From assembly GCA_019323515.1 (NCBI GenBank), contig JAHWHG010000004.1, forward strand, positions 1,859 to 65,858: 64,000 nt of DNA, given 5' to 3'. Positions 45,501-52,063 of the stretch are shown here, piece after piece. The position numbers were made by a program, and so were the translations under genes. The stretch comes from Candidatus Woesearchaeota archaeon (GTDB lineage Archaea; Nanobdellota; Nanobdellia; Woesearchaeales; JAHWHD01). The notes beneath the pieces are model-generated. The model was not told where the DNA came from, made no database searches, and saw nothing but the letters and a program-made list of their open reading frames with translations. Each line of letters starts with the position of its first letter. Within the stretch, counting starts at the first letter, position 1.

Positions 45501-46694
45501 GTTTATGATATTAGCCAAGATTTAGATGTGTTAGAAGCTTTAGAAAACAATGATAAAATTGGAACAACTGTACATGCAGGTGAAAACTTCAGAAGAAGAA
45601 GTATTGAAAGTGCAATAAGGCAAGTATATCAAGTAGCTGAACATGCAGATAGAATTGGACATGGATTGGCAGCAGTTGTTGATTTGGAAAGTATTGTAGA
45701 ATCCGATCAAGAAATCGAAGATAAGCTTATTGATCCAAAGGAGATAGTAGAAACCAGCACATCTGGAATAACAAGTTTCTCTGTTGAAAATATATTTGAA
45801 AGCGGTCATAGGTTTGAGAGTTTGGACCAAAGATTGAAACAGCTTGAATTTGAAAAATCGCACATTAATGAAATGAATCATTATTATTCAAATGAAGGTG
45901 TTCAACAATTAAATACTGAAGATATAGATAATGAGATTGTTGTACTGAACAAGATTATTGAAGCTTCAAAAAGAATCACATCTGATGATATTACTGATGA
46001 ATCAAGACGGATGAAAGATGAAGTGAAGCAAGCTCTTTCAGGAAGGGAAGAACTAATGCCACTGATTGATAAAATTATGGGAGAGCCTCCTACTTTTAAA
46101 ATACAGAGAATAAGTAAAGATGGTATTATCACAAGGTCGTTGTTGCTGAAGCGTCCATATATTACCGAAGATAACGAACTAGATATCGATGCAAAGAAAA
46201 GGATAGATGCTCTGCAAAAGATGACAATAGATAAGATGATTGAGAACGAGGTTGTACTTGAACTAAACCCTTCTTCAAATGATGAGATACATAAAGTGGG
46301 TTGGTTGCATTATGGGAGATTATTTACATACACATATTCAGGTACCAAGCCAGAATTTCAGGGAAAAAAATTAAGAGTTACAATTAATACTGATACTGAG
46401 GCAACTTTAGAAAGTACAATTGAAGATGAACATCGCGAAGTATTGAGAAATCTCTTAAGATCATATGATTCTAGAATAGATAAGTTAAGAGCAGAATTGG
46501 CGCAAACAAAAGATGGTAGTGAAAGACAACTCGCTATTAGACATGAAATTGTAATGTTGGAAAATCAACAGGACATAATTGCATCGGCTCTTAGAGATGA
46601 ACCAGAAGCCATCATAGATTTCATAATGCCATCCTCTTCAGCAATAGCATTAAGTCCTGCAAAAAGGGGTATGATAGAATCAGCTACATCTTAA
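39531..46694 (+). CDS. giant (2387 aa) secreted multidomain protein: signal peptide, HEAT (PBS-lyase type) repeats, JAB-like HxH motif, minimal nucleotidyltransferase motif, adenosine/AMP-deaminase-family domain
   Basis: Signal VISVLLIFVLLLSSVSADC. More than 10 HEAT_PBS repeats (DPDIRWQAARSLGDIGDERAIPKLIEKLSD...) span about 39990-41280. WHQHATGD...GPSGSTEGGAD lies at about 41965-42040. GGAGLSTDYLPGVSDRDISIFV (43552-43620) fits a pol-beta NTase. The ADA motifs are DIHVHL (44553-44570), TVHAGE (45567-45584), DRIGHG (45648-45665), LELNPSSN (46258-46281) and INTDTE (46382-46399). Confidence 0.85.
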   Translation: MKKVISVLLIFVLLLSSVSADCLTPLGKERLVEQKTPELVEQGLSKEQADTLLRSVVEGQKELPATELTYQQKIDEVQGLIDREEFDAAVARLNEYGISIPRFDTSTGEALDTPEKQARGALRLEAEKRRPIVEKQVDEAIEKLASSSTSTRIEGSNALKSIGKEAVPKLIEALDNDNPDIRWQAARSLGDIGDERAIPKLIEKLSDKDTTLQSNVIVALGRLKAYDAVYALNKIAFDKYKASYLRRNAITALGEIVGPRADEVNKKLGDTIGVLTKALTDKDPQIREAAAKASGLIGNADPLQISRLIGLQQDKNEYVRDSASEALSRIREKMISNMNSDDAKVRRASIDIIEVFNDPTLVPVLIDALNDADSNVVTYAMKALAKYKDNRAVLPLIDKLDKGNDFERSVAARTLGQIGGAQAVPALSNALRDADAFVRREAANALGLIRDKSASSSLIEALTDTDVDVRANVVEALGRVFYDSQDQTVSEALVQSLSDSDARIRRMSAEALGRIGDTEIVPGLIEARNDNEASVQDAALKALALLGNQDAINEFIQDLKSDSSEKRINAINILEETGKGINEILNSEALFEDENTQRYAVIAVMRNGNANDLIRLMNIIKSTTNPKTKANLIEAMTGSTISQADRILGLDNFEQLPPLFKEFLKKGEIQGEEMGLVIGNLPSVATEGIERSSLESRIEQELSGLSFTSRTAGDRSFEDDTFTGQKHKLSSSDLIKILQIVHSLKNPNFRNSIGKNIVYDLEHYGSELGGLAFINEDGELELEDFAPKCRGDNCAYVSSETRRLKANEAFFDWHQHATGDANPERYVGPSGSTEGGADLGVARRDRHDGVVIAYLGGNKFNLHFYTPEGYVVNLGNYEWDSDNVGVIDIDAIRAYYEVAQRGYDKNPAAASEITSRSELSRKQQADYLKAVVDRNVDEEGLRKEMENDGIPNAADVARAVFTAEAPSKAEEAALAQESPLRDLVGDNLPITTPAFEKMPSTPLGFEPLDVSDVEQPTAEFRDKIWGGDTLAIPITSPTEYRKNLAAPLVTDSENLAEGGLQYKPGDKITLVRYIRVDKATAEAIKGSKRVLSQEVAKQQGDISKAEEEFNALTGKDLTLESLLQHTWDIGRRGNLGISTTYDPGILLADSTTDDCCIVKYTIEVPAERVVKVGGTVENPVFPAGFDLRRGDVKNFGFVNPSNYESEITFLYEVPNEYVSRIDVIEDSPQSLVNMIESDAFVTEHKLQQIKKSSLFSSQQKSELESIQDPVERLMRAREMLLGRAEVPADLEERVNQRLERYGQPVTETVRQNELQQEQMIDEIAKEIESLCEGICGKPIIIEGGAGLSTDYLPGVSDRDISIFVDGLTLEQKANLDNIINRLRLKYPGEQVSFFIYNTDLLKGGTEQTIASSEEPYPLARNWIWANTFRTARVLYGQAEFDRIAAAPLSELSQKVPLNAEDGESYRIGMTESFIEKLKAYREQGLQVDLHKTAKAGLRAVLGRVMRDNFDVVKGALGAPDASTKSETNFILDVARNSGLFNEQEMDLIRKMADLRLNPQRGITNAEVDVLEDFVFKQALVTERPTIEVTQDIKDFWANADENQFRANWQDLPADAMEEAIKNPERRVDILLEYYPASQIMMGGTVAPSQSLADQQFSEQVEHIIEAATRSSRINDIHVHLSQALPVEMLKDIMDVVLQGDEWSQNEKDEAVKKFAAYLGRQWKSAYEEIWFGSIQQQSEEIQRRLENILQSLSKLEQGYDQSVWNNFWTEIQLLLPLLDLSSMENYQQRNDEMVNRLYIAANDQFKAGTKNIAGDIIPRIASRAKGYFEIRHAIQGTDPKDLDNMLKRFSDADISEDEAGFILSFTRRSIGSLKGKSIPLVSIMARLESLDQISALLEQVTSKNDLMGIYRVLSYAQRDSDTEKAIEQMTDDSQEIERLKGMIRNKQINRIENNQASKKKINDFLERFNKYFVGIDITGHEEFPFAGYDGVYDISQDLDVLEALENNDKIGTTVHAGENFRRRSIESAIRQVYQVAEHADRIGHGLAAVVDLESIVESDQEIEDKLIDPKEIVETSTSGITSFSVENIFESGHRFESLDQRLKQLEFEKSHINEMNHYYSNEGVQQLNTEDIDNEIVVLNKIIEASKRITSDDITDESRRMKDEVKQALSGREELMPLIDKIMGEPPTFKIQRISKDGIITRSLLLKRPYITEDNELDIDAKKRIDALQKMTIDKMIENEVVLELNPSSNDEIHKVGWLHYGRLFTYTYSGTKPEFQGKKLRVTINTDTEATLESTIEDEHREVLRNLLRSYDSRIDKLRAELAQTKDGSERQLAIRHEIVMLENQQDIIASALRDEPEAIIDFIMPSSSAIALSPAKRGMIESATS

Positions 46695-47139
46695 TAACAT
46701 ACTTCTTAATCCTTGGGTCATCCTTTGATACATATCTTGGTTCTGCTTGTAATGCCCAACTTGTAAAAACTGAGTTATGTACACCCCTATGCGTAATCCA
46801 ATACTTTGCGAATGTTTCAGGGCTATGGTCACAATAAGAATTAATTATATTATTCTCGTGGCTATTTGTATACTCTTTTATTAATGCCTCCAAATCAGGT
46901 TCTATTAATTGTTCTGATTCAAATAGAACATGTTCACAGGCAACATTAACAACCCTATCGCCTGATTCTGATTTATCATATCTACAGAAGCCTCCATTAA
47001 TCTTTAGTTTATGATATTGGCCTGCAAATTTTCCCTCATGATAGATAATCAATATATTTTTCTGTTTAGAACTATATTGTTTAACATATTCCCAACCTTC
47101 TTGTTTTCTTGGCACTAGCTTTGCCCAGATATCTTCCAT
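46684..47139 (-). CDS. hypothetical protein
   Basis: 151-aa ORF convergent with the giant gene, with an 11-nt overlap. No motif recognised. Confidence 0.5.
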   Translation of the reverse strand: MEDIWAKLVPRKQEGWEYVKQYSSKQKNILIIYHEGKFAGQYHKLKINGGFCRYDKSESGDRVVNVACEHVLFESEQLIEPDLEALIKEYTNSHENNIINSYCDHSPETFAKYWITHRGVHNSVFTSWALQAEPRYVSKDDPRIKKYVIKM

Positions 47140-47171
47140 TATGTCACCTTCGATTTCTTAGTTTAAATATC

Positions 47172-48110
47172 TTATTGTGTATTTTCGAAGTATTTACGTG
47201 CCTCTTCGATAAGCAGATGCTCTTGCTTAAAATACCTTCTTGAAAAATGTACTAGTTCTAATTGCTCTACCTCTGCATCCTTTGCAAGTAAAGCTACTTC
47301 CTTTGCTGTCATGTGCATGTGCTTCTTTGCTAGTTCAATATCTTCTTGGGTAAAGTGTGATTCACAGATAAGATAGTCAGCATTTTTTGCAAATTTAACA
47401 ATAGAATCGTAATTACCATTAGGTCTGAAATCAACCAAATATACGAGCTTGGTCCCTTTTTTTGGTATCAATAAATGTTTGAAGTCCTCAAGTCTTAGTT
47501 TTTTACCATCCACTTCAGAAGTATCAGGTGAACCTGAGTTAGCATAGTTAAGAAGGTCGGTTACCCAAGGACCCTGTTCAATGCCTGTTGCTTTAAGCTT
47601 TTCAACATCAACCTTAAAATAACCATTGTTCTCAATAGAATATCCTATTGAAGGAATAAGATGATTTAGCTGAATATGTTTTATCTTAAAATTATCGTTT
47701 TCATAAATTGCATCTTCAGTATAAGTTGAAGAAAAACTTCCTTCCAAGTCTCCAGAAATCTGGAATGAAGTTGTATGTCTCTCCCCTTCACTGAGTTCAT
47801 GAACATGCAAGTTAAGAGCATCCTTGCTTGCGAGGTTCCATGAATATGAATTAAGTTTATTATGTACATGCTTTGTGATGTGTTCTGGGCCATATACATC
47901 AATAGTCTTCCCTTCATTAAGCTGTATTCTTACAATGTCGTCTAAGCCAATGAAGTGATCTATATGTGTGTGGGTAACAAGAACCTTATTTATCCAGGGT
48001 AATGTAAATGGGGTTAGTAACCGCCCACAATCAAGAAGGATATTTTCAGAGAAATTCCTGACTAAGATAACAGGGTCCTCAAATTTAGTGTTTAGTAACC
48101 TATACTCCAT
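47172..48110 (-). CDS. metallo-beta-lactamase fold nuclease, RNase Z-like
   Basis: VLVTHTHIDHFIGLDD (HxHxDH); a central arm-like segment LKATGIEQGPWVTDLL...VDGKKLRLEDF; and a C-terminal HMTAKEVALLAKDAEVEQLELVHFSRRY. The length of 312 aa fits short-form RNase Z. Confidence 0.6.
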   Translation of the reverse strand: MEYRLLNTKFEDPVILVRNFSENILLDCGRLLTPFTLPWINKVLVTHTHIDHFIGLDDIVRIQLNEGKTIDVYGPEHITKHVHNKLNSYSWNLASKDALNLHVHELSEGERHTTSFQISGDLEGSFSSTYTEDAIYENDNFKIKHIQLNHLIPSIGYSIENNGYFKVDVEKLKATGIEQGPWVTDLLNYANSGSPDTSEVDGKKLRLEDFKHLLIPKKGTKLVYLVDFRPNGNYDSIVKFAKNADYLICESHFTQEDIELAKKHMHMTAKEVALLAKDAEVEQLELVHFSRRYFKQEHLLIEEARKYFENTQ

Positions 48111-48217
48111 CTACCTTCAGGTATAAGTTAAACGAAAAAGCTTTAAATAGGTTATGGAGGGATACTACCCTTAAGTTACAAACAAACTATATAAAAAGAA
48201 TCCTCTTTATAAAGATA

Positions 48218-48805
48218 ATGCCTACAGTTAAAGCGTTAGAGGAATACATAAGGAAGACATTAAGCCAGGGACATTCTGCTAAAGAGATAAGGGACTTTTT
48301 GATAAAAAAGGAGAATATTTCAAGGGACTTAGTTGACAAAGCTTTCAAGGAACTAAAGAAAGAGCCTCCTAAGTTCAGGAAGTTTAAGATAACTCCAAGG
48401 ACTTTAGAGATAACAGGGATAGTTGTGCTTGTGTTAGTAGTGTTTTTTATAATAGTATTCAGTGGAGAAAAGAGTCTTGAGTGTTCAAGCGCATCATGTT
48501 TTATAGATGCTGCACAGGAATGTAAGTCAGTTACTTTTGTTCAGGAGGAAGTAGGCAGTGAAATATTATATGAAATAAAGGATGGTTGCGTGCTTGAAAA
48601 AAGTATTCTTAACTTTGGACCTAATGAACCTGTGGAAGTAGTTCAGTTGTTTGAGAGCAGGAAGATGACTTGTCCATATCCAGAAGAAAATTTTAATCCT
48701 GCCTCTATAAATAGTCTGCTTGAGGACATTGATGCGTGCAGTGGAGAACTGAAGGACGCTATATTTGAGTTAAGGTTAGCGCAGTATGAGTTATTACAAG
48801 GGTAA
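48218..48805 (+). CDS. hypothetical single-pass membrane protein
   Basis: A helical N-terminal domain, a TM segment ITGIVVLVLVVFFIIVF, and a Cys-containing ectodomain. Confidence 0.5.
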   Translation: MPTVKALEEYIRKTLSQGHSAKEIRDFLIKKENISRDLVDKAFKELKKEPPKFRKFKITPRTLEITGIVVLVLVVFFIIVFSGEKSLECSSASCFIDAAQECKSVTFVQEEVGSEILYEIKDGCVLEKSILNFGPNEPVEVVQLFESRKMTCPYPEENFNPASINSLLEDIDACSGELKDAIFELRLAQYELLQG

Positions 48806-48839
48806 AGCTTTTAAATGAGCGATTTTCTGGTTTCTGTAT

Positions 48840-49541
48840 ATGTTAAAAGCTGACCTACATATGCATTGTTATGGGGATCCTGAAAGTACTTATATGGATT
48901 ACCGCGCAAAGGATTTGATAAAGTACTGTGCAAAGCAGAAGTTTGATGTTATATCAATAACCAATCACTGGTCAATCCATTATAATGAAGACCTAGCAAG
49001 GTATGCAAAGAAGCAAGGTATCCTTTTAATTCCTGGGATGGAAGCCAGGGTTAAGGGGTATGATATGCTCATAATAAATCCTCGATTGAAAGCAAGGAAT
49101 CCTACTACATTAAGAAGAGTGAAATGGTTAAAGGATGAAGGCGCTTTGGTGATTGCTCCGCATCCCTTCTTTAGGATGCATAGCATGGGTCGTGATCTTG
49201 AGAAGAATATTGATTTAGTTGATGGAATTGAATATTCGTATTTCTATAACAGGTTTGTTAATCTTAACAGGAAGGCTGAGAAGATTGCAAAGAAGTATAA
49301 CAAGCCATTGATTGGAACATCTGACACTAAGTATCTGCATCTGATTGGAAGTAATTATACACAAATAGATGCTGCAAAGAATGTTGATTCTGTGCTTGAG
49401 GCGATAAGGAAGAATAAAGTTAAAGTTGTTACAAGGCCCTTGACTGTGGTTGAGCACCTGAAAGCTTTCAATGATGTACTAGTAGTAGGGAATATCAAAA
49501 GTTTTTTTTATAACTTCAATGGGCATGCTAAAGAACTCTAA
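48840..49541 (+). CDS. PHP-domain metal-dependent phosphoesterase
   Basis: ADLHMHCYGD (HxH), ISITNHW and IAPHPF form a PHP motif ladder. Confidence 0.65.
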   Translation: MLKADLHMHCYGDPESTYMDYRAKDLIKYCAKQKFDVISITNHWSIHYNEDLARYAKKQGILLIPGMEARVKGYDMLIINPRLKARNPTTLRRVKWLKDEGALVIAPHPFFRMHSMGRDLEKNIDLVDGIEYSYFYNRFVNLNRKAEKIAKKYNKPLIGTSDTKYLHLIGSNYTQIDAAKNVDSVLEAIRKNKVKVVTRPLTVVEHLKAFNDVLVVGNIKSFFYNFNGHAKEL

Positions 49542-50121
49542 GATTGAAGAGTAATCTTTCAAGTTCTTCTTCACCTGTAAAACGAATAAATTTCATACCT
49601 AACCCTATAACAAGCTTTTCATAATCTGGGTGATTGTCTATAAATAGTATCTCGTCTGGTGATAACCCGCTTCTCTCAAAAAGTATCTCAAATATCCTCT
49701 TGTCTGGTTTCTGCACACCTTCGTCCTTTGAAATTATTAGATAATCAAATTCCTTATAGAAATCGTACTTTTCATTAAGTTCATCAAGCCAGGTAGTCTG
49801 GTTTGTCAATAAAGCGACCTTAAACTTCTGTCTTATCCTTTGAACAAGCTGTAACATATCAGGGTTTGGCTTAAAGTGATCAATTACAATATCGTGCAAC
49901 TTTCCTATATCGTGCTGCTTGTTCAGCTTCTTTAGAAGTGAGTTCCAGAATTCATATTCAGTACATTTACCAGTTGTGAAATTATCTAATTCTTTTGAGT
50001 CGTAGGCAGGAATAAGGTTTTCCTTGAATATCCCTAACTCCTTTGAAAGAGAGTCCATCAGTATATGAAAGTCGTAATGGAAAAAGACTCCTCCAAAATC
50101 AAATGCTATTAATCTTATCAT
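49528..50121 (-). CDS. HAD-like hydrolase paralog with degenerate motif I
   Basis: Collinear with 15652..16251, but motif I reads IAFDFGGV (DxG instead of DxD). Motif II is ALLTNQ and motif IV is LFIDNHPD. Confidence 0.6.
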   Translation of the reverse strand: MIRLIAFDFGGVFFHYDFHILMDSLSKELGIFKENLIPAYDSKELDNFTTGKCTEYEFWNSLLKKLNKQHDIGKLHDIVIDHFKPNPDMLQLVQRIRQKFKVALLTNQTTWLDELNEKYDFYKEFDYLIISKDEGVQKPDKRIFEILFERSGLSPDEILFIDNHPDYEKLVIGLGMKFIRFTGEEELERLLFNLRVL

Positions 50122-50172
50122 AAAGAAAACATAAACATAAGCTTTTTAAAAACTTTACTTTTTTCAGCTGCG

Positions 50173-51171
50173 ATGGGGATTAAAGATGTCATAGGTGCAG
50201 TAATATTGTCAGGAGCAGTCAGTCTAAGTAGTGCTACTGCTAATCCGAATATAGAGAACCACACATTCTACGAAGATTTAAGGGGTATTGATCAAGTTAT
50301 TGAAGAGATAAATGAAAATAATTTTAGGATTAAAGTGAAAGTTAAAGGGGAAATAATCAAGTGTGGATTTTATCACTATGAATGGGAGTTATGTAAAAGG
50401 TTTGACATGCATGAGGATGAAAGGAATGAATATTTAGAAGATATACTAAAACAAGTTCTTCCAGTTGTTGCAGAAAAAAGGTACGTTATGTCGATTGAGA
50501 ACCTTAAAAAATGGGATGGGATAAGAAAGGTAAATGCTGAAGCAATATCTTTCTATACAGTTCTTGCTGCAATGATGACTGAGACGAACGGGCATAGAAG
50601 ACCTAAATCTAATGAAGGTTGCAATGGTTGGTTGCAGATTAAGGATTTAGTTTCAGAGGATACAAGGAGATATGCAAAAAGGAATAAAGATAAGTTTGAT
50701 CCTGCCTTAAGGAAGCTTGCTGAAAAAGTCAGAGGTCTCAAGAACAAGCGTGTAAGGAATAGCATTAGCGCACAGATTATGATGTGGGAGTTCCATAGGT
50801 ATATCATAAAGAAGAGGTTAAGGTTTTATTGGGGGAATAGAATTAATAGAGATATGTCTCTGTTTGCTGATGCTGCTTATAATGGAGGGATAGGTTTGTT
50901 TAGGGTCCTAAGAGACATTTATGGCAAAGAATTAAGATGGGATACTGTAAAGGATAAAATCTTTTCAGTTGATAATATTTTATCAAAGTATCCAAACAGT
51001 GATGTGGAATGGGCAACATGGAAAAAAGCTGTAGCATGTTCCTATGTTTATTTCTGCGATTATTTTAAAAAAAGGCTTAAACAAGATTTTAGTCCAGGGG
51101 ATTTGGTTAGGCATAAAATGGCGAAAAAACCAGAAACATTTATAAATAAAAATTCTACATATACTGAGTAA
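50173..51171 (+). CDS. secreted protein with lytic-transglycosylase (SLT/lysozyme-like) motifs
   Basis: Signal peptide VIGAVILSGAVSLSSATA. The motifs AAMMTETNG (catalytic E-T/S), GCNGWLQIKD (GLMQ-like) and DAAYNGGIG (AYNxG) occur in SLT order and spacing. Confidence 0.55.
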   Translation: MGIKDVIGAVILSGAVSLSSATANPNIENHTFYEDLRGIDQVIEEINENNFRIKVKVKGEIIKCGFYHYEWELCKRFDMHEDERNEYLEDILKQVLPVVAEKRYVMSIENLKKWDGIRKVNAEAISFYTVLAAMMTETNGHRRPKSNEGCNGWLQIKDLVSEDTRRYAKRNKDKFDPALRKLAEKVRGLKNKRVRNSISAQIMMWEFHRYIIKKRLRFYWGNRINRDMSLFADAAYNGGIGLFRVLRDIYGKELRWDTVKDKIFSVDNILSKYPNSDVEWATWKKAVACSYVYFCDYFKKRLKQDFSPGDLVRHKMAKKPETFINKNSTYTE

Positions 51172-51776
51172 TGGCAAAGAAGGTTAAGGAGAGGGCTGTT
51201 GGAAAGTATCAAGTAGCGAAGTTAGGAGTAACATATAATGGGGTATTTAACCTGAAAGAACTCTATAAATTGATACACGAATGGCTTAAAGATGCAGACT
51301 GGCAAGATAAATGGGACGCAAATAAAGAGATGCCACATGAAATCATGTATCATGAGAGAACCGGAATCAGCGGGCTTAAGGACATGTGGATCTGGTGGAG
51401 ATTGAAAAAGGCTTCTCCTAACAAATATTATTGGTATGAACTTGACATAAATTACCTTGTGCTTGCTGTAAAGAAGACTGAGATTGTACATGAAGGAAAG
51501 AAAGTTAAGTCTGATGTAGGAGAAGTTGTTATTGATATCATTGCCACATTGATGCTAAACCAAAAAGAATGGGACAAGCATCCAATACTTAAGATGTTCA
51601 GGTATTGGTTCCCTGAAAGGGTTTTCAAAGAAGACCTTGAAGCGCATAAAAAGGAGTTATATGATGAAGCTTACAAGTTACAGGGTGCGATAAAGAAGTT
51701 TCTGCATCTTAAAGGGTTCTTAAGTGAGATGGAGGTTGAGCCTTTTACGCCTTCGCTAGTGTATGACCAGATTTAA
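51171..51776 (+). CDS. hypothetical protein
   Basis: 201-aa ORF whose start abuts the upstream stop. No motif recognised. Confidence 0.5.
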   Translation: MAKKVKERAVGKYQVAKLGVTYNGVFNLKELYKLIHEWLKDADWQDKWDANKEMPHEIMYHERTGISGLKDMWIWWRLKKASPNKYYWYELDINYLVLAVKKTEIVHEGKKVKSDVGEVVIDIIATLMLNQKEWDKHPILKMFRYWFPERVFKEDLEAHKKELYDEAYKLQGAIKKFLHLKGFLSEMEVEPFTPSLVYDQI

Positions 51777-51834
51777 AAAGAAATTCAAAACTTTTATAAA
51801 TAGCCTTTTTTCTCTTTCAGATTATACAATACTT

Positions 51835-51931
51835 ATGCCTCTGTAGCATAGGTAGGAACTGAATTCCTCGGTTCAAAAGGAAATACGACTCCTAGTTGCA
51901 AGCAACCGGAGTCCCATAAATAAAAACCAAT
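51835..51931 (+). other. duplicated tRNA-Thr 5' fragment (17 nt) plus hairpin element GACTCC-TA-GTTGC..GCAAC-C-GGAGTC
   Basis: ATGCCTCTGTAGCATAG at 51835-51851 is identical to 51930-51946 (the start of tRNA-Thr). It is followed by the hairpin GGAA/TTCC (51855-51867) and the conserved hairpin at 51887-51913. No T-arm or 3' acceptor follows. Confidence 0.7.
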
Positions 51932-52027
51932 GCCTCTGTAGCATAGTAGCTATTGCGATGGCCTTGTATGCGTTATAATAACGTAGAAGTAAGCCATAGG
52001 TCGGGGGTGCAAATCCCCCCAGAGGCT
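51932..52027 (+). tRNA. tRNA-Thr(UGU) with 23-nt canonical (37/38) intron
   Basis: Acceptor GCCTCTG/CAGAGGC; anticodon stem ATGGC/GCCAT; loop CTTGTA|intron 51969-51991|A; T-arm GGGGG-TGCAAAT-CCCCC; discriminator T. The D-loop lacks GG and the T-loop reads TGC rather than TTC, which is unusual. Confidence 0.75.
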
Positions 52028-52063
52028 TATTACATATTTGTAACTGAAATAGGGTGTTATAAG

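Noticed and set aside
25519-46132. Numerous 60-244-aa ORFs antisense or out of frame within the two giant genes (for example 35014-35673, 42308-43042, 37247-37789, 31759-32166)
   Set aside because: All are embedded in long uninterrupted ORFs with clear domain motifs. Their products are low-complexity S/L/P-rich shadow translations.
51837-51931. Upstream GCCTCTGTAGCATAG... segment as an independent tRNA or split-tRNA 5' half
   Set aside because: I could not fold a D-arm or anticodon arm. There is no T-arm or 3' acceptor partner other than that of the downstream complete tRNA-Thr. It is reported instead as a duplicated fragment plus hairpin element.
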